Shown piece after piece: positions 39,093 to 47,035 of a stretch of DNA of 64,000 bases. Position numbers and translations under genes: made by a program. The stretch is from Shigella phage MK-13: sequence record MK509462; one strand, given 5' to 3'. The notes beneath the pieces were generated by a model. The model saw only the letters and a list, made by a program, of their open reading frames with translations. It ran no database searches and was not told where the DNA came from. Every line of letters starts with the position of its first letter. Position 1 is the stretch's first letter.

Positions 39093-39838
39093 TGGCATCT
39101 CTCCAAGCCCTGCGCAAGCTGAACGACTTCGAAAATCGTCATTACACATTCCAGCAGTACGAACTTCCTCATAAGGAACTGGAGTGTGTGACGACGGAGA
39201 ACGGTCGTCATTATGTGTCACCAACTGGTGTCAAGCTGACGTCTGTAACGACGATGCTGGGGCGTACTGGTGATCATGAATGGCTTGAGGCTTGGAGGGA
39301 GAAGCTGGGTGCAGAGGCCGCCGACCTTGAGACCATGCGTTGCGCTGACCGAGGGGAGAAGCTGCACCTCGCATGTGAACTGTATTTGAAGAACCGCCCA
39401 ATGAAAGAAGTGTTGGAAGCGGCTGGCGAATACATGTTCATGTTCAAGCAGCTGTTCCCCTATCTGAACAAGATGACAAAGATCTATGCTCAGGAGATCC
39501 CGTTATATAGCGAGGTGCTTGGTCTCGCAGGTCGAGTGGACCTTATCGGGGTTTATGAGGGTAAGCCTGCTATCATCGACTTCAAGACATCGAACACCAT
39601 GAAGACGCGGGGAATGATCGAGGACTACAGTATCCAGCTGTGCTTGTACTCTGTTATGTTCCAGCAGATGTTCGGTGTCAAGATCACCCGCCTCATCAAT
39701 GTGATTGCCAACGAGTCATCGTTGACGCCAACCATCATAGAGTTCAACCGCGATGACATACTGACGAAGATGTTTGAGCGTGTTCGTCTGTACCATCGCA
39801 TGGATAAAGAACAGAACGGAGTCTGGCCGGATCGCTAA
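39092..39838 (+). CDS. PD-(D/E)xK family nuclease (Cas4/RecB-like fold, tentative)
   Basis: ORF 39014..39838; start ATG 39092 overlapping upstream stop (TGATG). GRVDLIGVYEGKPAIIDFKTS has the D...(D/E)xK arrangement. Confidence 0.5.
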   Translation: MASLQALRKLNDFENRHYTFQQYELPHKELECVTTENGRHYVSPTGVKLTSVTTMLGRTGDHEWLEAWREKLGAEAADLETMRCADRGEKLHLACELYLKNRPMKEVLEAAGEYMFMFKQLFPYLNKMTKIYAQEIPLYSEVLGLAGRVDLIGVYEGKPAIIDFKTSNTMKTRGMIEDYSIQLCLYSVMFQQMFGVKITRLINVIANESSLTPTIIEFNRDDILTKMFERVRLYHRMDKEQNGVWPDR

Positions 39839-39845
39839 ATACCCC
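39835..39845 (+). promoter_or_regulatory. late-promoter-like motif CTAAATACCCC
   Basis: About 26 nt upstream of uvsW ATG 39867; T4 uvsW is late-expressed. Confidence 0.4.
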
Positions 39846-39866
39846 ATATATCTTGGGAGATTTTGT

Positions 39867-41375
39867 ATGGCAGACATTCAGATTGTTAAGGTTAACGAAG
39901 TCCGCATGCGTTGCATCGCAGATCTTTCTATCAGGGAAGAGCTGAATGACTACTTCAAATTCGAAGACCCGAACTTCGTTCCCAACCCCTTCTCTAAATG
40001 GGACGGGGTTGTTCGCTTGTTCACCAAGTCATCCGGTCTGATTGATATCGGCCTACTGTTTGAGGTGTTCAAGTTCTGCAAGAACAACAAATACACCATT
40101 GAACTGGATCCGGCTCTGAAGTACATTCAGGACATCCCAGATCAAGAAATCCATGACTTCATCGACAGTCTCCATCCAAAGATCCGCACCGAAAATCACG
40201 AATACATCGATGCTGAGACCCGCGACTATCAGTACGACACCATCGCCAAGGCTATGCGTCAAACCAGATGCGTCTGTGAACTGGCTACGAGTGCTGGTAA
40301 GTCCTTTATTCTGTATGTCATGGCGCGGTACTACAGGCAGCGCAGAGAAGCTCTCGAAAGTCCTCTGAAGACGCTTATCGTGGTGCCGTCGATTCACCTG
40401 GTCACTCAGCTGTACGACAACTTTGAAGAGTACGCACACGGCAGCGATTGGAAGCCCGTTGCCAACACTCAGTTGATCTTTGAGGGCGCGACAAAGGAAA
40501 TCAGCAAACCAATCGTCATCAGTACATGGCAGGGCATTCAAGACCAGCCGAAAGAATGGTTCCACCAGTTCGGTGACATCGTGGTGGATGAAGTGCACAC
40601 CTCCAAGTCTGAGAAACTGTCCTACATCCTCAACAACTGCATCTACGCCGACCAGCGCCTGGGGGTTACAGGTACGCTGTCGAACACCAAAGTTGCCGGG
40701 CTTCAGGTGGTGGCTCACTTCGGGGCGTACCATAAGATCATCACGGCTCGCGACCTTATCAATCTCGGGTACGCCACTGACATCAAAGTGAAGATGATTC
40801 AGCTGAAGCACACTCCGGCGGATGCTGTTGGTCTGGACGGGGATTATACCAAGGAAATAGAATACCTTATTACACACCAGTCCCGCAACGAACTGATCGC
40901 CAAGATGGCACTGAATCTGAAAGGGAACGTGGCCATCATGTTCGAGCGTATTGACGCCCACATGATGGTTGTGTACGATATGCTGAGCGCAGTCAAGCCC
41001 AACGTGTTTGTCATCAACGGGGAAGTGAAGATCGAAGACCGCCGCCGCATACAGAAAGCGATGGAGGATGGAGAGGATATCACGTTGTTGGCTTCATACG
41101 GGACAATGCAACAGGGTGTGTCAATCAAGAAGCTACACCACCTTGTACTGGCGCACCCGAGCAAGTCATATATCCGCGTCATACAGACATTGGGTCGTCT
41201 GATGCGTCAGCACTCCTCCAAGGACGTCGCGTGGATATGGGACTTAGTGGATGATGTGTCGTACAACGCCAGCACGAACCACGCTATCAGGCACTCTCAT
41301 GAGCGATACAAGTTCTACCTGACAGAGCGCCACCCTGTGGAGTTCATGAAGGTGGCGCTGGGTAATCACGACTGA
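39867..41375 (+). CDS. uvsW: UvsW-like SF2 DNA helicase
   Basis: ORF 39774..41375; start ATG 39867 (GGGAG RBS). ATSAGKS (Walker A), VDEVH (DExH), WQGIQDQPKEWFHQFG, LHHLVLAHPSKSYIRVIQTLGR, WIWDLVDD parallel T4 UvsW PTSAGKS, WQTVVKQPKEWFSQFG, LHHVVLAHGVKSKIIVLQTIGR, VWDLIDD. Confidence 0.8.
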   Translation: MADIQIVKVNEVRMRCIADLSIREELNDYFKFEDPNFVPNPFSKWDGVVRLFTKSSGLIDIGLLFEVFKFCKNNKYTIELDPALKYIQDIPDQEIHDFIDSLHPKIRTENHEYIDAETRDYQYDTIAKAMRQTRCVCELATSAGKSFILYVMARYYRQRREALESPLKTLIVVPSIHLVTQLYDNFEEYAHGSDWKPVANTQLIFEGATKEISKPIVISTWQGIQDQPKEWFHQFGDIVVDEVHTSKSEKLSYILNNCIYADQRLGVTGTLSNTKVAGLQVVAHFGAYHKIITARDLINLGYATDIKVKMIQLKHTPADAVGLDGDYTKEIEYLITHQSRNELIAKMALNLKGNVAIMFERIDAHMMVVYDMLSAVKPNVFVINGEVKIEDRRRIQKAMEDGEDITLLASYGTMQQGVSIKKLHHLVLAHPSKSYIRVIQTLGRLMRQHSSKDVAWIWDLVDDVSYNASTNHAIRHSHERYKFYLTERHPVEFMKVALGNHD

Positions 41376-41743
41376 TCTTGATTCACATAGGCGGGGGTGG
41401 CCTCGCCTTCATCAGATACTGCGCCGAACAATTTGTCCAGAGAAACCAGACATTGTGCGTTCAGGTGTTCACTGATAGTGTCCTTCAGCATTTGTTCGCT
41501 GCCCAATTTGAATGGCAGAACCTTCGCTTCGACGCCGTTTTCAAACGTCACCACACCGACATACAGACCAACTTTCAGGCCTGCCATCAAACCCAGAGGG
41601 ACAAATCGCGGCTCCGATGGTAAGTTCTTGTCTGACGCCAGCTGCGCCAGATAAACTGGGGTGCCTGTGACAAATTGCCCTGCGGTGAGGATGGCGTCTG
41701 GCTTACTGCATCCGACCGCATATAATCCTACGAACTGTTTCAT
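41366..41743 (-). CDS. hypothetical protein, minus strand, convergent with uvsW
   Basis: 125-aa ORF; ATG at 41743 with GAGAG RBS 6 nt upstream on minus strand; overlaps uvsW stop by 10 nt. Confidence 0.45.
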   Translation of the reverse strand: MKQFVGLYAVGCSKPDAILTAGQFVTGTPVYLAQLASDKNLPSEPRFVPLGLMAGLKVGLYVGVVTFENGVEAKVLPFKLGSEQMLKDTISEHLNAQCLVSLDKLFGAVSDEGEATPAYVNQDQS

Positions 41744-41870
41744 ATATTACTCTCGTGTGTTGGTTAACATGACATACATATTATTTCGCGTGCATGTTTA
41801 GACCAAATAAATTAATTTTGCTGTTGAATAAAAATTGCTTTCCTGTTGAACAAATGGCGCGGTATTATAC

Positions 41871-41896
41871 GAGTTGTGAGTGTTAACGAACAACGA
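41871..41896. repeat. block A' of bipartite intergenic repeat (gagttgtgagtgttaacgaacaacga)
   Basis: Matches 287..312 with 1 mismatch. Confidence 0.6.
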
Positions 41897-41909
41897 GTAT
41901 TTGTTTTAT

Positions 41910-41932
41910 GAGCGAAGCGAATAGGATTAATA
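41910..41932. repeat. block B' of bipartite intergenic repeat (gagcgaagcgaataggattaata)
   Basis: Matches 364..385 with 2 substitutions and 1 inserted base. Confidence 0.5.
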
Positions 41933-42083
41933 AAGGTTATTATCTTTAATAAAGTCCATAAATGCCGAAGGCATTTATTAATAACGCGTAGCGCAATTTG
42001 CCACTTGTTCTATAAGCACAACACAGCGATACTAGATTGCGTCAAACATGACTTGAACCCCACTATATTTTGAGGATACATAA

Positions 42084-42752
42084 ATGCAAGAGATCACTCT
42101 CTCCGAACGTACACTCCAGTTGCTGGCCAACTTTGAGACCATCAACCCATCTATCGTTCTGACACCGGGTAAGATGCTGCGCAGCATTAACGATTCGTCT
42201 ACTGTTATCGCCGTGGCACAGATCGAAGAAGACTTCCCGTTTGAGTTCCCTATCCTGGACCTGACCAAACTTCTGGCCATCCAGCGCCTGCCTTCCTTCA
42301 AAGGCGGTAAAGCCGAATTCCATCAGGACTACATCCTGTTGAAAGGCGAAAGCTCTCAGCTGCAATTCTGGCGTTCTGCTAAAGAACTCACTGTTGTTCC
42401 GGCTGACACCATTGAACTGCCGTCTGTCGACTTTGAAGCGATCATCACTCCAGAGAAGATGAAAGAACTGACCCGCGCCTGTTCTACCCTCGGTCACAAG
42501 ACTGTGCGCCTGGTTGCTCAGGGTGGCAAAACTCGTCTGGTTGCAACCACCACTACCCTGGATAACTCCAACAACTACACCGTTGAGCTGGGTGAAACCG
42601 CGCTGCCGGACTTCGTCATGCCACTGGACGTTGCCAACCTGAAGATGATCGAAGGCAACTACACTCTGCGTGCCTGCGCTGAGCTGCAGATGGTGAACTT
42701 CCAATCATCCGACGCGACGATCAATTACTTCGTCGGCGCACAGATTGAGTAA
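42084..42752 (+). CDS. sliding clamp, T4 gp45-like
   Basis: N-terminus LQLLANFETINPSIVLTPGKM resembles gp45 ALLKNFATINSGIMLKSGQF; 222 aa; GAGGA RBS. Confidence 0.8.
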   Translation: MQEITLSERTLQLLANFETINPSIVLTPGKMLRSINDSSTVIAVAQIEEDFPFEFPILDLTKLLAIQRLPSFKGGKAEFHQDYILLKGESSQLQFWRSAKELTVVPADTIELPSVDFEAIITPEKMKELTRACSTLGHKTVRLVAQGGKTRLVATTTTLDNSNNYTVELGETALPDFVMPLDVANLKMIEGNYTLRACAELQMVNFQSSDATINYFVGAQIE

Positions 42753-42765
42753 TCAATCTCCAGCC

Positions 42766-42774
42766 TGATGCTAT
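42766..42774 (+). promoter_or_regulatory. extended -10 sigma70-like element TGcTATAAT
   Basis: TGnTATAAT at 42766..42774 in the gp45-gp44 junction; no canonical -35. Confidence 0.3.
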
Positions 42775-42833
42775 AATGTGTGGGCGGGGGCGTTCCCCGC
42801 CTATTTGAAATGATTCTTCTACACGAGGCTGAA

Positions 42834-43823
42834 ATGTCTAATATCACTATCGTTTCCGACCAGTACGCATGGGAAAACAAGTACCGCCCTGACAACCTGG
42901 ACGAGATCATCATCCCTCAAGACGTCCGCGCTAAAATCCATGGCTACATTACCAGTGGCAACGGTAACATCCCGTCTATGCTGTTCTACTCCCCTCAGCC
43001 TGGTACTGGCAAGACTACCTCTGCCCTGGCCGTGTGTAATGAAATCGGCTGTAAGCAACCACTGATGATCAACGCATCCCTGGACAACAGCATCGACGTT
43101 ATCCGTGACCGCGTGATTCAGTACTCTACTGGTGTGAGTGTATTCGGTGGCCGCAAAGTCGTTATCCTCGACGAAGTAGAGCGTCTGTCTATGGCGGCAC
43201 AGGAGTCGCTGAAGGGTATTGTGGAGAAGGTCTCCAAGAACTGTTCATTCATCCTGACCACCAACGCCAAGCAACGTGTGAACGAACCTCTGCGCTCTCG
43301 TTGCCGTGAAATCGACTTTATCTGGAATGAGACCGAGGCTGATGAGGTAAAACTTCAGTTCATGCGCCGCTGTGCTGAAATCCTTCGCAGCGAAGGTGTT
43401 GAGTATGACCCTCCTGTGTTGGCTGCTATTGTCAAACGTCATTTCCCCGATAACCGCCGCATCATGGGTGCCCTACAGGATAACGTCACCACCTACGGCA
43501 AGATCGATGAACGCGCCCTCGCCGTATTGAAATCTGCCGACATGGGTGTGTTGGTTGATATGCTGAAAGGCAATGACTGGGCTGGCATGAAGCAGTGGGT
43601 GACTGACAACCAGAACTACATCACCGAAGACTTCTATTCCCGCTTCTTCCAGTTCTGTGTACCACAGGATAAAGAGAAGCCGATGCTGGTTCAGAATGAG
43701 TCTATCCCTGATCTGGTATGCGTATGTGGTCAGTCTCAGATTGAACACCGTCAGGTCGGCGATGTCTGGCTGCATGCTGTGTTTTTCCTGACCAACGTCA
43801 TGCTCAACATCAAGTGGAAGTGA
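42834..43823 (+). CDS. clamp loader large subunit, T4 gp44-like (AAA+)
   Basis: ORF 42780..43823, start ATG 42834 (after hairpin). Walker A SPQPGTGKTT, Walker B VVILDEVE, sensor-1 ILTTN, SRC arginine-finger motif; follows gp45 as in T4. Confidence 0.8.
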   Translation: MSNITIVSDQYAWENKYRPDNLDEIIIPQDVRAKIHGYITSGNGNIPSMLFYSPQPGTGKTTSALAVCNEIGCKQPLMINASLDNSIDVIRDRVIQYSTGVSVFGGRKVVILDEVERLSMAAQESLKGIVEKVSKNCSFILTTNAKQRVNEPLRSRCREIDFIWNETEADEVKLQFMRRCAEILRSEGVEYDPPVLAAIVKRHFPDNRRIMGALQDNVTTYGKIDERALAVLKSADMGVLVDMLKGNDWAGMKQWVTDNQNYITEDFYSRFFQFCVPQDKEKPMLVQNESIPDLVCVCGQSQIEHRQVGDVWLHAVFFLTNVMLNIKWK

Positions 43824-43827
43824 TACT

Positions 43828-44250
43828 ATGGCCGCCCCTGGATTGTTCGATTACCTGGCTGCTCTGAACAGCAGCAAAGAAAACCTTCTGCAGTCTGATG
43901 ACCCAGAAGTGTTGAAAGGATTCGACCCGTTTATGACGCGGCGTGGTTTAGCTCAGAGCAAAGACACTCTGGTGACTGCACAGCAGATGAACAAGCTGCA
44001 TGCCGTTACTCCATGGATGCAATGGTCATATGCCTTTCACACCATTCCGGCGCGGAAACGCTACGACAAATGGTCTAAGAAAGGTCCGATTGATCCTGAC
44101 GTGAAGTTGCTCTCCGAGTACTTCTACATCAGCATGGAGAAGGCATCCGAGTACGTCCGTTTCTTGCCGAAGGAAGTCCTGGCCGAGATACGCGAGAAGA
44201 TGGGACGTACTGAGCTGAACGCCAAAGCGAAACCGCGCAAGGCTAAGTAG
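43828..44250 (+). CDS. clamp loader small subunit, gp62-like (by synteny)
   Basis: 140 aa immediately after gp44-like (4-nt gap), as in T4 order 45-44-62-regA. Confidence 0.5.
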   Translation: MAAPGLFDYLAALNSSKENLLQSDDPEVLKGFDPFMTRRGLAQSKDTLVTAQQMNKLHAVTPWMQWSYAFHTIPARKRYDKWSKKGPIDPDVKLLSEYFYISMEKASEYVRFLPKEVLAEIREKMGRTELNAKAKPRKAK

Positions 44251-44279
44251 TTCAAACTATTGTAAAAGGGGAATGAGTC

Positions 44280-44744
44280 ATGGCGCGCAATACGCTAGAC
44301 ATATTGAACATTTCAGCCGTCAACGATGAGGCCAGCATCGTTGATTGTATGGTTGAAGTTCAATTGAACCAAGATCGGCCAGGAATATTCCTGGGGATCA
44401 AGGAAACACTGAGCCGAATTGGGGTAAACACGCGCCAAGAGCCGAATACTCTGTATCAGACTTGTCATATTCTTCACAAGTATGGCAAGTATTATATCGT
44501 CCACTTCAAGCATCTGTTTATGCTGGACGGGCATTACAACGGGTTTAACCGCGAAGATGTCCTGAGGATGAACCGCATCATCAAGCTGCTCGAGCAGTGG
44601 AATATGGTGAAGGTCATTCATCCCGAGCAGGTCACCGAAGCCGCCGATATGTCACGCATTAAAGTGGTTAAACACGATCAGGTTCCTGAATGGAAGCTGG
44701 TTCCAAAATACATTATCCGGCCTACAAAGGCCAAAAGCGAATAA
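44280..44744 (+). CDS. regA: RegA translational repressor
   Basis: LYQTCHILHKYGKYYIVHFKHLFMLDG and EWKLVPKYIIRP match T4 RegA LYQSCHILQKKGLYYIVHFKEMLRMDG and EWKLVPKYTIG. Confidence 0.8.
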   Translation: MARNTLDILNISAVNDEASIVDCMVEVQLNQDRPGIFLGIKETLSRIGVNTRQEPNTLYQTCHILHKYGKYYIVHFKHLFMLDGHYNGFNREDVLRMNRIIKLLEQWNMVKVIHPEQVTEAADMSRIKVVKHDQVPEWKLVPKYIIRPTKAKSE

Positions 44745-44760
44745 CTGGAGTCGCTAAATC

Positions 44761-45630
44761 ATGACAACTACATTTTCTAAGAACGTGAATCTGAATCTGG
44801 CTTTCGGTAATGCAAAGGGCGATGTCACATCGCCCGACTTTGGTAAGATCCGCAATCAGGCGAAACTGGTGCTGGAAGAGACCCGTGAACTGTTGGAGGC
44901 GGCGTACTACGATTGCGATGTGAAACTGGATCTGGTGCTCACACCTAAACAAGAACCTTACCAGACCAGAACCATTCAGGAAATCCTGAAGGATATCATG
45001 GACGCCCAGGGTGATATCACCACTGTCAACGACGGTGTGGCTCATATTGCTGGTTTCGACGGTGACGAATGCTTACAGCGCGTGTATGCCTCTAACATGA
45101 GCAAGTTCATTCGTAATGAAGGTGAAGTTGTGCCTGCACTGGATTACTACTACAACAAAGGCTTCCCACGCGAAAGTCTGCGCATCGAAGGGGAATTCCC
45201 CCAGGCGTGCATCAAAGTGGTAGACACCATCACCGTCGACGGCAAAGAGTACCCGGCTGGTAAGTTCCTGAAGAACATGGCAACCTTCAAAGAGCCGGAC
45301 TTCAGTGATATGCTGACCACCGAGCCTAAGCGCCAGATCACCGAAATCATTCTGACGGGCACGGCTACCCCAGGTCGACTCGGATGCAACGAACACGCTG
45401 GTGTTGCCTTCGCTCCGTTCGACTTTGTTGACGAGATCGTGGGATACACCAAGATGGGCTTCCAGGCGTTCTCTGGCGAAACAGTCGAGAGTTATATTCC
45501 CGTGTTTGTTTTCAATGAAGACAACTTCCCAACTCTACCGTTGATCTGGGGTGAATGGAAAGCCAACGTCCGTATCTATGTGGCCAGCCCAGTGCAATCA
45601 TCTATCACCCAGCTGACCCGTATCGATTAA
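44761..45630 (+). CDS. hypothetical protein
   Basis: 289-aa ORF; no recognised motif. Confidence 0.45.
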   Translation: MTTTFSKNVNLNLAFGNAKGDVTSPDFGKIRNQAKLVLEETRELLEAAYYDCDVKLDLVLTPKQEPYQTRTIQEILKDIMDAQGDITTVNDGVAHIAGFDGDECLQRVYASNMSKFIRNEGEVVPALDYYYNKGFPRESLRIEGEFPQACIKVVDTITVDGKEYPAGKFLKNMATFKEPDFSDMLTTEPKRQITEIILTGTATPGRLGCNEHAGVAFAPFDFVDEIVGYTKMGFQAFSGETVESYIPVFVFNEDNFPTLPLIWGEWKANVRIYVASPVQSSITQLTRID

Positions 45631-45699
45631 GATATACAGTTATTCACTAAACAACAGAGGCTATAATGGCCTCTGTTTTTCGTATTCTAAGAGGATACC

Positions 45700-46920
45700 A
45701 TGAAAGATAAAGCCCTGGACGTCCCGTACTGCGGTGTCCGTGAAGAAAAGATAAAGTCGGCCAAACCGGTTCTCAGTCCGACCCATACCCGCCTTTCTTA
45801 CGAATGGATGAGCGAGCGCTATAAGATCCACGTCAAGAAGGACGTCCAGCGTCTTCCTGCTCCTTGGACGAATAATCCTATACTACGGCAGGTCAAGTTC
45901 TGTAACGTCCGGAGAGAGCACGACAGGCAGTCTCTTAACCTGATCAACAACATCGTCAACAACGATGCTCTGGGTATGGCAGACAAGATGTTTAACTGCG
46001 TGCTGTTCCGCATGTTCAACCTCTGGGATCCGATCCAGGCTATCGGCGGCGCGATGGCGATCAAAGAATTCGCCAAGATCAACCTTGACGCAACCCGCGA
46101 ACGACTTCAGAAGTTCGAGGCCGACGGCGGCAAGGTGTTCACCAATGCCTTCAACACAGGCGGCCTGAAGCAATGCCTGGCTTTCCCTGAGCTGGTTGTC
46201 AACCACAAAGAGCAGCGCTTCGGTGGGATGATGGTGAACCTGATCTGTAAGGACGGTTCGACCCAGAACATGGATTATAAGGAAGCCAAGGCTATTGCTG
46301 AAGCAGAGCCGGACTTCTACACCATAGAAGGCTGGGAGCCGTACATGCCAATGCGTGTCATCCGTTCCCTGAAGGCATTCGTCAACAAGTATCCAAATTA
46401 CTTCCATGACCTACTGCGCCTTGGTACTCCTCTGGAAGTATACCAGCGCATGTACGACGACATCGAAGGTCTTGGTCCATTCCTGGCCTATCAGATCTGG
46501 GTTGATTTCACGTACATGCCTGGTTATCCGTTCAGTGAGAACCACTTCACGATCGCCGGACCGGGCTGTCGCGCAGGTATTGATCTGCTGTTCCTGAACA
46601 AGGACGGCATGACTCACGAAGAATGCATATTCTGGCTACGGGATAATCAGGACGCAGTATACTCCCAATATGGGTATGTTCGCGAGCAATTCTGGTCGGC
46701 CGAAGAGCCTGTAGACCAATGCATGAACGTTATGCAGCTGGAGAACATGTTCTGTGAACTGAGCAAGTACACTCGCTGTGTTGAGGCGGTTGGGCGCGGT
46801 GAAAAACCTCGGGGCAAGGTCAGCTATGACGGCGGTGGGGAATACAAAAAGCGCTGTGATGAAGTCGTGCTCAAACGTGGTTCCGTCAATTTGCTGGACC
46901 GTTTGAAGAAACCTGAATAA
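45700..46920 (+). CDS. hypothetical protein (406 aa, enzyme-sized)
   Basis: Long clean ORF with AGAGGA-like RBS; no motif recognised by eye. Confidence 0.45.
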   Translation: MKDKALDVPYCGVREEKIKSAKPVLSPTHTRLSYEWMSERYKIHVKKDVQRLPAPWTNNPILRQVKFCNVRREHDRQSLNLINNIVNNDALGMADKMFNCVLFRMFNLWDPIQAIGGAMAIKEFAKINLDATRERLQKFEADGGKVFTNAFNTGGLKQCLAFPELVVNHKEQRFGGMMVNLICKDGSTQNMDYKEAKAIAEAEPDFYTIEGWEPYMPMRVIRSLKAFVNKYPNYFHDLLRLGTPLEVYQRMYDDIEGLGPFLAYQIWVDFTYMPGYPFSENHFTIAGPGCRAGIDLLFLNKDGMTHEECIFWLRDNQDAVYSQYGYVREQFWSAEEPVDQCMNVMQLENMFCELSKYTRCVEAVGRGEKPRGKVSYDGGGEYKKRCDEVVLKRGSVNLLDRLKKPE

Positions 46921-47035
46921 AGATTCCCTTTACTTCATTCTTCAATAACTTTTTTCAACGTATTATTGACCTCACTTAAACGAAGCGCCCTGGCAAACGG
47001 GGCGCACATTTGAACTGAAACAGGAAGACTACATC

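Noticed and set aside
41840-41870. Possible sigma70 promoter TTGAAC ... TATTAT upstream of repeat block A'
   Set aside because: Spacer between the putative -35 and -10 hexamers is only about 11 to 12 nt, too short for a canonical sigma70 promoter; left as part of the AT-rich control region.
43828-44250. Alternative identity of the 140-aa protein as RpbA or another T4 early protein
   Set aside because: Position immediately after gp44 with a 4-nt gap favours the clamp-loader small subunit; the call is kept at low confidence because sequence similarity to T4 gp62 could not be verified by eye.
44754-44760. CTAAATC immediately abutting ATG 44761
   Set aside because: Differs from the CTAAATA box and is only 1 nt from the start codon, so it cannot serve as a promoter for that gene; not counted among late-promoter candidates.
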